Of a stretch of 64,000 nt of DNA, positions 40,077 to 49,223 are shown piece by piece. Each line of letters starts with the position of its first letter. The first letter of the stretch is position 1. The notes under the pieces are model-generated. The model ran no database searches. It was not told the origin of the DNA and saw only the letters and a list, made by a program, of their open reading frames with translations. The position numbers were made by a program, and so were the translations under genes. Source of the stretch: an uncultured Chloroflexia bacterium (GTDB lineage: Bacteria; Chloroflexota; Limnocylindria; QHBO01); contig CAWAOJ010000002.1 of the NCBI GenBank assembly GCA_963783725.1, positions 2,045,279 to 2,109,278 on the forward strand, given 5' to 3'.

Positions 40077-41438
40077 TTGAGCACATCATCGACGCGGCGT
40101 GCCGCGGCCGATCCCCGAGCAGCGTTGGCCGCCTTCTGGTCCTTCGTGCTGCCCGGCCTGGGGCAGGCCTACAACGGCCAGTCGCGCCTGGCCTGGATCC
40201 TTCTCGCGCCGGCCCTGCTGCTGATCGGCCTCGGGGCGGCGGCGCTGCTGATCGCCGGATCGGGCCTGCTCTCGAGGCTGCTGGACACCCGCTTCCTGGT
40301 GGGGCTGATCGTGCTCGACCTCGCGCTGCTCGGCTGGCGACTGGTGGCCATCCTGCAGGCGCACGGCGCCCGCGAGCGACCCAGTCCCCATCGCTGGACG
40401 ACCTACGTCACCACCGGCGTGGTGGTGCTGACCCTGGCCATGCACATCCTTCCGGCCTACTACGCCGTGAAGGCGATCGACACGCTGGGTGCCATCTCGC
40501 GCGACGACGGCCCGCAGCAGGCGCCGAACCACATCCCGGGCATCAGCAACCTGCCGGAGCCCTCGGACCAGCCCGACGTCAAACAGGGCGAGCGGGTCAA
40601 CGTGCTGCTGGTCGGCGTCGACGCCCTTCCCGGCCGCACCACGCAGCTGACCGACACCATGCTCGTCGTCAGCCTCGACCCGCAGGGCGGGCGCTCGGCG
40701 ATGATCTCCGTCCCGCGCGACACCTACGGCGCCCCGCTGCCCGATGGAACCTTCTTCAACGAGAAGCTGAACGCGCTGATGGTGCGCGCCGAGCAGAACC
40801 GCGGCCGCTTCCCGGACGGCGGCGTGGCGACGCTGAAGAAGACGATCGGCGGGCTGCTCGGGGTGGACATCCACTACTTCGCCGCCATCAACCTGCTCGG
40901 CTTCAAGCAGGCCGTGGACAGCGTCGGCGGCGTGGACATCACGGTGGACCGCGCGGTGAGCGACCCGACCTACTACGACGAGACCGGCAGGCAGACCGGC
41001 TTCTACATCAGACCCGGCGCGCATCACATGGACGGCCACACCGCCCTCGCCTACGTGCGTTCGCGGAAGGGCGTGGGCGACAGCGACTTCACCCGCGCCG
41101 ACCGCCAGCAGCAGCTGCTGGAGGCGCTGCGGGCCAAGCTCACCGCCGGCAACCTGCTCACCGCGCTGCCCGGGCTGCTCGACGCGGTGAAGGGCGCGAT
41201 CACCACCGACGTGCCCTCCGACAAGATCTCGCAGCTCGCCCAGGCGGTGCAGGACGCCGACATGTCGCACCTCGAGCGCATCGTGCTGCAGCCGCCGGAG
41301 TACTACAGCGTGGACGCGCACTCGGCGGCGGGGTACATCCTGATTCCGAAGCTCGACGCGATCCGCGCCATCGGCGAGCGTCTCCTGGGCCAGACCGCGT
41401 CCTCCACCCAGGGCGCATCCGCCACGCCGGCGCCCTGA
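40077..41438 (+). CDS. LytR-CpsA-Psr (LCP) family protein, intact.
   Basis: An N-terminal F.LPGLGQAY.G motif plus TM, then an LCP core (VNVLLVGVD...TDTMLVVSLDP...ISVPRDTY). It is paralogous to 35541-36972. Confidence 0.8.
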   Translation: MSTSSTRRAAADPRAALAAFWSFVLPGLGQAYNGQSRLAWILLAPALLLIGLGAAALLIAGSGLLSRLLDTRFLVGLIVLDLALLGWRLVAILQAHGARERPSPHRWTTYVTTGVVVLTLAMHILPAYYAVKAIDTLGAISRDDGPQQAPNHIPGISNLPEPSDQPDVKQGERVNVLLVGVDALPGRTTQLTDTMLVVSLDPQGGRSAMISVPRDTYGAPLPDGTFFNEKLNALMVRAEQNRGRFPDGGVATLKKTIGGLLGVDIHYFAAINLLGFKQAVDSVGGVDITVDRAVSDPTYYDETGRQTGFYIRPGAHHMDGHTALAYVRSRKGVGDSDFTRADRQQQLLEALRAKLTAGNLLTALPGLLDAVKGAITTDVPSDKISQLAQAVQDADMSHLERIVLQPPEYYSVDAHSAAGYILIPKLDAIRAIGERLLGQTASSTQGASATPAP

Positions 41439-41456
41439 GGGGCTAGACTCGCCGGC

Positions 41457-42641
41457 ATGCCCGGCTTCTCGACGCGTGCCATCCGCGCGGCGAGCCGCGC
41501 GCCGGAGGCGCCGCAGCCGCCCGTCAACGTGCCGATCTACCAGAGCAGCACGTTCGAGGTGGGCAGCGCGCAGGACCTCGGCGACCTGCTCGAGTTCAAG
41601 GTCCCCGGGCACTCCTACACCCGCTACTCCAACCCGACCCACGCCGCGCTCGAGGACGCGCTGGCCGAGCTGGAGGGCGCCGAGGCGGCGCACATCACCG
41701 CCAGCGGCATGGCCGCCGTGCACGCCGCCATGCTGTCGCTGCTCGCCCCGGGCGACCACGTCGTGGCCGGTGCGGCGCTCTACGGCGGCACCTACTCCCT
41801 GCTCAACGACCTCCTGACGCGGTTCGGGATCGCCTTCACCCAGGTGGACCAGACCGATGTGTCGGCGGTCACGCGGTCGTTCACCGACCGCACCCGCCTC
41901 GTGTGGCTGGAGACGATCGCAAATCCGACCACGGCCATGCCCGACATCGCTGCGGTGACCGCCGCTGCGCACGAGCGCGGCGTGTCGGTGGTGATCGACA
42001 ACACGTTCGCCTCGCCGTACCTGTGCACGCCCATCGCGCTCGGTGTCGACCTGGTGGTGCACTCCATGACGAAGTACATCGGGGGGCACTCGGACCTGCT
42101 TGGCGGCGTGGTGCTCGGATCGGTCGAGCGCGTCGCCGCCGCTCGGCACGTCGCCGTGGACGTGGGCGGCAACGCCAATCCGTTCGAGGCGTTCCTGGCG
42201 CTGCGCGGCCTCAAGACGCTGGCGCTGCGCATGGAGCGCCACTCCGCCAACGCCCTCGCGGTGGCGGGAGCGCTCGAATCGGCCCCGGGCGTGGCATCGG
42301 TGCGCTATCCAGGGCTGCCGTCGCACCCGCAGCACGCCCTCGCCAGCCGGCAGCTTCGCGACGGGAAGGCGGGCGGCATGCTGTCGCTGGACCTCGCCGG
42401 CGGACGCGCGGCCGGTGAGCGCTTCCTCGATGCCCTGAAGGTCGCCGTCCACGCCACCAGCCTCGGCAGCGCCGAGACCCTGTGCAGCCACCCGGCCTCC
42501 TCCTCGCACCGTCAGCTCGGGACCGATGCGCTGGCGGCCGGCGGCCTCACCCCGGGAACGGTGCGCATCTCGATCGGCCTGGAGGATCCGGACGACCTGA
42601 TCGAGGACATGGTGACGGCCGCGGCGACGGCCGCGGGCTGA
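41457..42641 (+). CDS. Cys/Met-metabolism PLP-dependent enzyme (cystathionine gamma-synthase / gamma-lyase / O-acylhomoserine sulfhydrylase family).
   Basis: The lysine block HSMTKYIGGHSD and the overall family pattern. 394 aa. Confidence 0.8.
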   Translation: MPGFSTRAIRAASRAPEAPQPPVNVPIYQSSTFEVGSAQDLGDLLEFKVPGHSYTRYSNPTHAALEDALAELEGAEAAHITASGMAAVHAAMLSLLAPGDHVVAGAALYGGTYSLLNDLLTRFGIAFTQVDQTDVSAVTRSFTDRTRLVWLETIANPTTAMPDIAAVTAAAHERGVSVVIDNTFASPYLCTPIALGVDLVVHSMTKYIGGHSDLLGGVVLGSVERVAAARHVAVDVGGNANPFEAFLALRGLKTLALRMERHSANALAVAGALESAPGVASVRYPGLPSHPQHALASRQLRDGKAGGMLSLDLAGGRAAGERFLDALKVAVHATSLGSAETLCSHPASSSHRQLGTDALAAGGLTPGTVRISIGLEDPDDLIEDMVTAAATAAG

Positions 42642-42652
42642 GGCGCGGGTCG

Positions 42653-43651
42653 ATGGCGAGCGTCATCGACGTCTGGCGTGCCGTCGATCCGGATGCGCGG
42701 CTGCTGTGGGGACCGGTGGGCGCCCTGGCGCACGTCGCGCGCGGCGCGGCCACCAGCCGGATCAGGCCGCCGCACCTGCCGCCCTCCCTGGACGGCCTCA
42801 TCTTCGTCGTCGACACGCAGCTGCTGCGCAGCACCTCGCTCGACGCGCTGCTGGCCGGGGTGGCGGCAGCCGGGCTGGCTCCCGTGGCGATCCTTCTCGC
42901 CGGGGAGGGCTCGTCGCTCCGCGACGTCCCGCCGCTCGCGGCCGGTGATCTGCCGATCCTCGCCAGCGGGCGAGCCGCCGCACGGCTCACCGAGGAGATC
43001 GGCCGCTACCTGTCGAACGAGCCCGCGTTCCTGTCCGCCTTCGCCGCGGAGCTGCGCCTGGGCGGCGCCGAGGCGGCGCTGGCCGATCCGGCGCCCGGCT
43101 CGCCGGCAGGCCTCCTCGCCGCGCGCCTGCGCCGGGGCGTCGCCGTCGCGGCGGAAGGGGAGCTTCGAGCGCTGAACCCACGCGCCGCCGGGAGGGCCCT
43201 CGCGGCGCGTTTCGCCGCCACCTTCGCGCGACATTTGGCCGCCGGGCCTGCGCGGCGGGAGCCGCTGCGACGACAGCTCGACGGCCTGTGGCTCTTCGAG
43301 CATCGCGTGCACGCGGGCGCATCGGTGTGGCTGTTCGACGACCTGCCGTTCGCGCGCATCGACGAGGTCGGCGCGGAGGCGCTGGGCATCACGCTGCGTG
43401 CCCTCCTGCGCCGGCCGCGCAGCGCACCGCCTGCCGCCGCCGCGACGGCGAAGCCGGAAGGCGACTCGCTCGACGTGACGCTGCTCGCGGTCGCGCGCGC
43501 CAACGGTCGCGTGGCGGCGGCCGCCCGGGCGCTCGGCGTCCACCGCAACACGGTGCTCTACCGGCTGCGCCGCGCCAGCGCGGAGCGAGGCATCGACCCG
43601 CGCCGGGCGGAGGACGCCCTGAGGCTGCTGCGACGGAGTGACGACGGGTGA
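42653..43651 (+). CDS. PucR/CdaR-family transcriptional regulator (C-terminal HTH).
   Basis: C-terminal GRVAAAARALGVHRNTVLYRLRRA helix-turn-helix. The N-terminal domain is low complexity. Confidence 0.55.
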   Translation: MASVIDVWRAVDPDARLLWGPVGALAHVARGAATSRIRPPHLPPSLDGLIFVVDTQLLRSTSLDALLAGVAAAGLAPVAILLAGEGSSLRDVPPLAAGDLPILASGRAAARLTEEIGRYLSNEPAFLSAFAAELRLGGAEAALADPAPGSPAGLLAARLRRGVAVAAEGELRALNPRAAGRALAARFAATFARHLAAGPARREPLRRQLDGLWLFEHRVHAGASVWLFDDLPFARIDEVGAEALGITLRALLRRPRSAPPAAAATAKPEGDSLDVTLLAVARANGRVAAAARALGVHRNTVLYRLRRASAERGIDPRRAEDALRLLRRSDDG

Positions 43652-43670
43652 GCGCCGGTGCGCCTTGCGA

Positions 43671-45002
43671 TCACGCCAGGAATGCACCGTGGACGACCCA
43701 GTCCGCCACCTCGTCCAGGCTCGTGACCCATAGCGACGGGTCAGCGGCGAGGCGATCGAGGATTGCCAGGTACAGCGCTCCCCATCGCGCAAACTCCCGG
43801 TTGGAAGGGACCGAGGTGCGGACGTGCCAGTCGATGCTGCCGAAACCGCCCGAATCAGCGATCGCAGCGAGATAGCGCTCGAACAGCTCCAGTGGTGGCT
43901 CGCCGGCGTTGACAAGTGCCGAGTCCATGCAGAAGGTCGGCAGCTGCACCGTGGACAGCGGCCGGCTCAGCTCGTCGTCCCACGGTTGGAACGGGAGCGC
44001 GACGTTGCGCCGGAACCCGGGGTGGTCGTTGAAGGCGAGCGAGGCGTCGAACCGGAAGCCGGCGGCCTCGTGCGCGCGCAGCGTGGCCGCTACATCGTCG
44101 CCGAGGTGCCAGTGATGGTGCCGCACGCCTAGCACGTCGACATCTGCCAGGGCAGAAAGCCGCTCTCGCTCGTGTACGAAGCGGCCAACGTTCCGGTGTG
44201 CCTCGTAACTGGCATGCAGCGCGATGCCGAATCCCGCCCCCCTGAGCGCATCGAAGACCCTTTGGAAGCGAGGCCATGCGATGTCGTAGTAGACGTCCTC
44301 GTAGCGTCCCCACTCCGCGAAAGCGGGAACCGCCGCAAAGAAGAAGGTCGAGCGGAACCCCCGTCGCTCCTCCTCCTCGACGATCTGGTCGAACAGCCAG
44401 AAGTCGTCAGCCGCCCGGCGCAGGCGCGCGGCGGATGTCGCAAGCACCTTGACTGCGTAGATCGGCAGGTCGGTCCGCCGAGCGACGAACCGTCCCTCCC
44501 GGAAGGCGCGCAGGATTCCCCATTTTGTCGGTCGATCGACGTCGTGTGACAGCCCGATGGCAGCGCGTTTCCCCCCGGGCCAGCGTGGCTGCGGTTCAAG
44601 GCCGATTCGCTCTGTCATGAGCGCACCGGCGCGCGCCACGATCTCGTTGACGATAGCGTGCTCACCGACTCCGGCGCCCGCCTGCCACGAGGCGTCGTAA
44701 CGGAGCCGCCCGTGTCGGTCGAACGCATCGGGCGGCCGGTCGGCGTTCAGCGCATCGGTCAGCAGGCGACCGACGCCACCGACGAAGTCCACAACATCAT
44801 CGGGATCTCGTGGCACGATCAGGTCGGCGCGTCCCAGCGGCGGACGGTCCCCGCGAAAGAGGAGCGGCCCTGGTGTTCTCGGGTCGACCTCCACCGCCCG
44901 CATGCCCAAGGCGGTCGCGACGAAGCCGATCGCATAGCGATCCAGCGGGACGTCGCGCTCGAGCGCGAACCGCAGCTCAGCTGGCGCCTGGGAGTCCGGC
45001 AC
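43671..45002 (-). CDS. Polysaccharide deacetylase (CE4 / NodB-homology) family protein.
   Basis: GLSHDVD metal-binding motif and His-rich blocks (HHHWH). 443 aa. Confidence 0.6.
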   Translation of the reverse strand: MPDSQAPAELRFALERDVPLDRYAIGFVATALGMRAVEVDPRTPGPLLFRGDRPPLGRADLIVPRDPDDVVDFVGGVGRLLTDALNADRPPDAFDRHGRLRYDASWQAGAGVGEHAIVNEIVARAGALMTERIGLEPQPRWPGGKRAAIGLSHDVDRPTKWGILRAFREGRFVARRTDLPIYAVKVLATSAARLRRAADDFWLFDQIVEEEERRGFRSTFFFAAVPAFAEWGRYEDVYYDIAWPRFQRVFDALRGAGFGIALHASYEAHRNVGRFVHERERLSALADVDVLGVRHHHWHLGDDVAATLRAHEAAGFRFDASLAFNDHPGFRRNVALPFQPWDDELSRPLSTVQLPTFCMDSALVNAGEPPLELFERYLAAIADSGGFGSIDWHVRTSVPSNREFARWGALYLAILDRLAADPSLWVTSLDEVADWVVHGAFLA

Positions 45003-45642
45003 GGCGGCGGATCCTCTTGATCACCTGCGAGTAGCGCCGCAGGTTCCGGTGCGTGCGCCGAGTCTCGAGCGTTCGCGGCGCGCTGAGCAGCAGATCGCGC
45101 AGCGATGTCGTGTCGTCCGGCGCGTCTAACGTGACCAGCGTCCCGCCGCGGAGCAGCTCCCAGGCAGTGTGCGTGTCTGCTCCGGCGAGCTGTGGCAGGC
45201 CAAGCGCGACCGCATCGGCCAGCGCGCGCTCATTCTCGGCATCCGACGAGCGCGAGTTGAAGACCTCGATCGCGTCGACGTGCGGGTAGAGCGTGGGGTC
45301 GCCCTTCGTATGCCGATACGGATGCGGCAGCACAACGAGTCCTCCCTGCGCGTGGATATCGGCCACGACCTCGGCGAAGCGGCGCGACAGCACCTCCTGG
45401 TGCAGGAAGAGGCCCAGGATGTCGGCGCGCTCGGTGGCGTACTCGGCGCCGATGACGATCTCGAGCCGGGGATCGCGATTCCGTCGTGCGAGCTCGAGTG
45501 AGCCGGCCAGTGTGTTGTGGTCGGTGACGCACACGAAGTCGAGCCCGGCGCGTCGCGCCAGCGAGAGGTATGCGCCGGCGGGCAGGATGGAGTCGAAAGA
45601 GCGCCAGGTATGCGCGTGAACGAGGCCGCGCAGGCGCCTCAT
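44977..45642 (-). CDS. PHP-domain metal-dependent phosphoesterase.
   Basis: LVHAHT...VCVTDHN...HP motifs. The start is taken at MRRLRG; upstream codons of the track ORF overlap the next gene. Confidence 0.6.
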   Translation of the reverse strand: MRRLRGLVHAHTWRSFDSILPAGAYLSLARRAGLDFVCVTDHNTLAGSLELARRNRDPRLEIVIGAEYATERADILGLFLHQEVLSRRFAEVVADIHAQGGLVVLPHPYRHTKGDPTLYPHVDAIEVFNSRSSDAENERALADAVALGLPQLAGADTHTAWELLRGGTLVTLDAPDDTTSLRDLLLSAPRTLETRRTHRNLRRYSQVIKRIRRRAGLPGAS

Positions 45643-46754
45643 CGCCGCAGCATCCGTCCGATCGTGCCGGCCAGCTCCACGACGTGTGGCAGTGGATCCG
45701 ACCAGCGAATGTTGCTGCGTGCCGCGCCGAACCAATCCGCCAGGATCGAGCGCGCCTCGCCTGGCCGCGCCACCAGGTGGCGCAGGTCGTTACCGAGCGG
45801 CCAGCAGTAGCGGAGCTGTCCGGACGGCTCAGGCAGGTCTGGCAGCTCCTCCCCGGCGCCGATGCGTATGAGATCGCCGGGAAAGTCCGCGCCCGCGGCC
45901 AGCGCGAGGTCCAGCGAGCCCCAGAACTTGGGGTTGACCTCCATCAGATAGAGGAGGCCGTCAGAGTCGTTTCGCTTCAGCTCGACCATTGCCGCGCCGT
46001 GCCATTGCAGCGCGTCGAGCAGCGTTCGCCCGATTCGTAGCGCCTCGGCGTCGTGCGCGAGCTCGCAGCACGTGCTCTCGCCTCCCGTCGGCGGAAACTC
46101 TCTGATGCGGCGGTGGACCATCAGCCGCTTCGCGCGCCCGCGCTGGTACGTGACGAATACGCCGATCCCCGGCCCTTCGATTCGCTGCTGAAGCAGCGGC
46201 ATCTCGCCGGTGTGGTATTGCTCTTGATATCTGGCAACCTCGGCGGCGAGGTCGCCCGGGTGATCAACGTAAGCCACACCGGCCGCGCCCTCCACCGGCG
46301 CCTTGATCACCAGCGGGAAGCCGACGTCCTCCCCTGCTCTCGAGACTTCTTGCTTGGAAGTTGGCTGCCGGAAACGCGGCGTTGCGATGCCGAGCTCAGC
46401 CGCCAACGCCAGCATCACGCGCTTGTCGAGTGCCTTGCTCATTTGTTCCGGGGTAGGCAGAACGATGCGCGTCGCCGGCCATCGATCCGCGTGATGCGAA
46501 AGCAGATCGCAGCTCAGCGCCCCGACCGGGATGATCTGGTCGACGGCGTACCGCGGGATCGTACGGTCGAGCCAGGCGACGAAGGCTTTCGCATCGCTCG
46601 GTGCGGGCGCGAGGAGCCTCCGCACGGTGAACCGCGAGACAGTGGCCATGGCGAGTCGTCGGGGCGCGCAGACCAGCACCTGGTGGGTTGGTGCGAGAGC
46701 CCGCACGATTCCGAGCGACTGCTTGTAGTGGCCGTCGGTCACGAGGATGCGCAT
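45639..46754 (-). CDS. Stand-alone ATP-grasp ligase (carbamoyl-phosphate-synthase-like ATP-binding fold).
   Basis: MRILVTDG N-terminus and the ATP-grasp blocks (GFPLVIKAP.EGAAGV..., MVELKR...YLMEVNPKFWGS). Confidence 0.6.
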   Translation of the reverse strand: MRILVTDGHYKQSLGIVRALAPTHQVLVCAPRRLAMATVSRFTVRRLLAPAPSDAKAFVAWLDRTIPRYAVDQIIPVGALSCDLLSHHADRWPATRIVLPTPEQMSKALDKRVMLALAAELGIATPRFRQPTSKQEVSRAGEDVGFPLVIKAPVEGAAGVAYVDHPGDLAAEVARYQEQYHTGEMPLLQQRIEGPGIGVFVTYQRGRAKRLMVHRRIREFPPTGGESTCCELAHDAEALRIGRTLLDALQWHGAAMVELKRNDSDGLLYLMEVNPKFWGSLDLALAAGADFPGDLIRIGAGEELPDLPEPSGQLRYCWPLGNDLRHLVARPGEARSILADWFGAARSNIRWSDPLPHVVELAGTIGRMLRR

Positions 46755-46799
46755 CGGAGGCACCGTACCATCGCCTGAACGCCCCTGCGCACCGGAGGA

Positions 46800-46826
46800 A
46801 GCGATTGTGCACAGTGCACAAACATT
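46800..46826. promoter_or_regulatory. Near-perfect 17-bp palindrome TTGTGCACAGTGCACAA in the glnA / ATP-grasp divergent intergenic region.
   Basis: Seen directly in the sequence, about 90 bp upstream of the glnA ATG. Coordinates may be off by +/-2 nt. Confidence 0.3.
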
Positions 46827-46918
46827 CGTCGTGACCGCAGGTCGGATGAGGGTCCGCATCGGTCCGGTCGGCCCCTACGCTGGTGGCCAAACCCAAACGC
46901 TTCACACAGGGGAGCCCC

Positions 46919-48283
46919 ATGCCATCGAAGGACCTCGCCGCCGCTCTCGCCATGGCCGAAGAGAAGAACCTGCGCTTCGTCAGCCTGCAGTTCACCGACG
47001 TGGTGGGCTCGGTCAAATCGGTCCAGGTCCCGATGCACCAGCTGGAGGACGCGGTCGAGCGCGGCAAGTGGTTCGACGGCAGCAGCATCGAGGGCTTCGC
47101 GCGCATCGCGGAGTCCGACATGTTCCTGGTTCCCGACCTGTCCACCTTCGCCGAGGTGCCGTGGGAGCGCGGCTTCGACGACGCCGGGAAGCCCATCGCC
47201 AGCGGCAGCGCCCGCGTCATCTGCGACGTCTTCACCCCCAACGGCGACCCGTTCCCCGGTGACCCGCGCCACGTGCTGCGGCGCCAGGTGGACAAGGCGC
47301 GTGAGATGGGCTTCGTGCTCAACACCGGCCCGGAGCTCGAGTTCTTCCTGCTCAAGATGAACGGCGGCGGGGCGCAGACGCTGCCGCACGACAGCGCCGG
47401 CTACTTCGACCTCTCCGAGGACCTCGGCACCGAGGTGCGCAAGGAGATGATGAACGACCTCGAGGCGTTCGGGATCAAGGTCGAGACGGCGCACCACGAG
47501 GTCGCCACCGGACAGCATGAGATCGACTTCGAGTACGCCGATGCGCTGCGCACCGCCGACAACGCCGTCACCTTCCGCACCACCCTGAAGGCGGCCGCGG
47601 CGCGACGCGGCCTGTACGCCACCTTCATGCCGAAGCCATTCTTCGGCATCAACGGCTCGGGCATGCACACCCACCAGTCGCTGTGGGACGTAAAGCGCGG
47701 CGTGAACGCCTTCGCCGATCCGTCCGACAGCTACGGGCTGTCCGACCTGGCGCGCTCCTACATCGCCGGCACGCTCGAGCACGCGCGCGGGATGATCGCC
47801 GTGCTCGCGCCGCTGGTGAACTCGTACAAGCGGCTGGTGCCCGGGTACGAGGCGCCGGTCTACATCGGCTGGGCGCGCATCAATCGATCGGCGCTGATCC
47901 GTATTCCGCAGATCAGCGCCGGCCAGACCAACTCGACGCGGATCGAGCTGCGCTGCCCGGATCCGTCGACGAACCCGTACCTCGCCTTCTCGGCCATGCT
48001 CGCCGCGGGCCTGGACGGCATCCGGCGCAACCTCACGCCGCCCGACCCGGTGGAGGAGAACCTCTACCACTTCGACGCGGCCAAGCTCGAGTCGCGCCAG
48101 ATCCGCCAGCTGCCCGGCACCTTGCGCGAGGCGCTCGACGAGCTGTGCGCGGACGAGGTGATCCGCGAGGCGCTCGGCGAGCACGTCTACGAGCGCTTCG
48201 TCGAGGCCAAGACCGAGGAGTGGGACGACTACCGCATGCAGGTCTCGCCGTGGGAGCTGAACCGCTACCTGGAGGCCTTCTGA
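46919..48283 (+). CDS. glnA: Glutamine synthetase type I.
   Basis: Aligns with GSI (FVDLRFTD-type N-terminus, FDGSSI, and the ATP-binding and Tyr-loop blocks). The ATG at 46919 has a GGGGAG SD; the upstream GTG at 46883 is also in frame. Confidence 0.85.
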   Translation: MPSKDLAAALAMAEEKNLRFVSLQFTDVVGSVKSVQVPMHQLEDAVERGKWFDGSSIEGFARIAESDMFLVPDLSTFAEVPWERGFDDAGKPIASGSARVICDVFTPNGDPFPGDPRHVLRRQVDKAREMGFVLNTGPELEFFLLKMNGGGAQTLPHDSAGYFDLSEDLGTEVRKEMMNDLEAFGIKVETAHHEVATGQHEIDFEYADALRTADNAVTFRTTLKAAAARRGLYATFMPKPFFGINGSGMHTHQSLWDVKRGVNAFADPSDSYGLSDLARSYIAGTLEHARGMIAVLAPLVNSYKRLVPGYEAPVYIGWARINRSALIRIPQISAGQTNSTRIELRCPDPSTNPYLAFSAMLAAGLDGIRRNLTPPDPVEENLYHFDAAKLESRQIRQLPGTLREALDELCADEVIREALGEHVYERFVEAKTEEWDDYRMQVSPWELNRYLEAF

Positions 48284-48333
48284 GGGTGGAGCCTCCGCGC
48301 TTGTCCGTCGTTAGCGCCCGTTTGCCTGGCGGC

Positions 48334-48360
48334 GTCGCGGCGCGCTGACGACGCCGCGAC
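48334..48360 (+). terminator. GC-rich hairpin (9-bp stem GTCGCGGCG / CGCCGCGAC) about 50 nt after the glnA stop.
   Basis: Seen directly in the sequence. There is no U-tract, as is common in high-GC genomes. Confidence 0.35.
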
Positions 48361-48499
48361 GACGTCCGCCACGACGTACCAGGACAAATGGCTCGTGCGG
48401 ACGCCGTTGACAGCCGCTTATACTGGCGCCGGTTCGCGTTGGGCACGACGCAATCCGGGCAAACGCTCGGGCGTACGCGGACGAAGGGTGAGGGAACGC

Positions 48500-49165
48500 G
48501 TGGAGCAGATCTCCCAGCGTCAGGCTGCGGCCGATTCGGCGTCCCTATCGAGACTGCTCTATTACTTCACCAAGCGCCTCGTCGACATCTTCGGATCGGC
48601 GCTCCTGCTCGTCGTGCTCTCGCCGCTGATGGTCGCCATCGCCGCCGCGATCTGGCTCGACTCCGGCCTTCCCGTCATCTACCGATGCCAGCGCCTGGGC
48701 CGATACGGCGAGCCGATCACCGTCCTCAAGTTCCGCACCATGCGCAACGGCAGCCACCATCACCTCGAGGAGCTGCTCACCGTGGACGAGGAGCGGCGGC
48801 TGGAGTACGGCGTCAACAAGAAGCTGCGCAACGATCCGCGACGCACCCGCATCGGTACATTCCTCCGTCGGGCATCCCTCGACGAGCTCCCGCAGCTGGC
48901 GAACGTGCTGGTCGGGCAGATGAGCCTCATCGGCCCGCGACCGTACTTCGCCGACGAGCTTCGCGGCCGCTCGGAGGCAACCGAGCTGCTGAGGGTCCGC
49001 CCCGGCATCACCGGCCTGTGGCAGGTCAACGGGCGCTCCGACCGCACCTTCGAGGAGCGAGTGGCGCTGGAGAGCGACTACGTCCAGCGCCGCGGCTTCG
49101 TCCTCGACGCCATGATCGCGCTGCGCACCGTGAAGGCTGTCGTCTCCGGCCGCGGCGCCTACTAG
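48500..49165 (+). CDS. Bacterial sugar transferase (small WbaP/EpsL/PssY-type polyprenyl-phosphate hexose-1-phosphate transferase).
   Basis: PF02397-type blocks ([46 protein letters not shown]). A GTG start at 48500 was chosen; the track ORF starts at 48395. Confidence 0.75.
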   Translation: MEQISQRQAAADSASLSRLLYYFTKRLVDIFGSALLLVVLSPLMVAIAAAIWLDSGLPVIYRCQRLGRYGEPITVLKFRTMRNGSHHHLEELLTVDEERRLEYGVNKKLRNDPRRTRIGTFLRRASLDELPQLANVLVGQMSLIGPRPYFADELRGRSEATELLRVRPGITGLWQVNGRSDRTFEERVALESDYVQRRGFVLDAMIALRTVKAVVSGRGAY

Positions 49166-49223
49166 CACCGGCTTTCCGGGCCCTCCCGTCGGCGTCCCGC
49201 CGATCCTCTGCTAGATTGCGGCC

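Noticed and set aside
40086-42509. 807-aa minus-strand ORF, and the similar 720-aa plus-strand ORF at 58479-60641.
   Set aside because: They are antisense to the well-supported LCP/PLP-enzyme genes and to the GH15 gene respectively, and both are low complexity.
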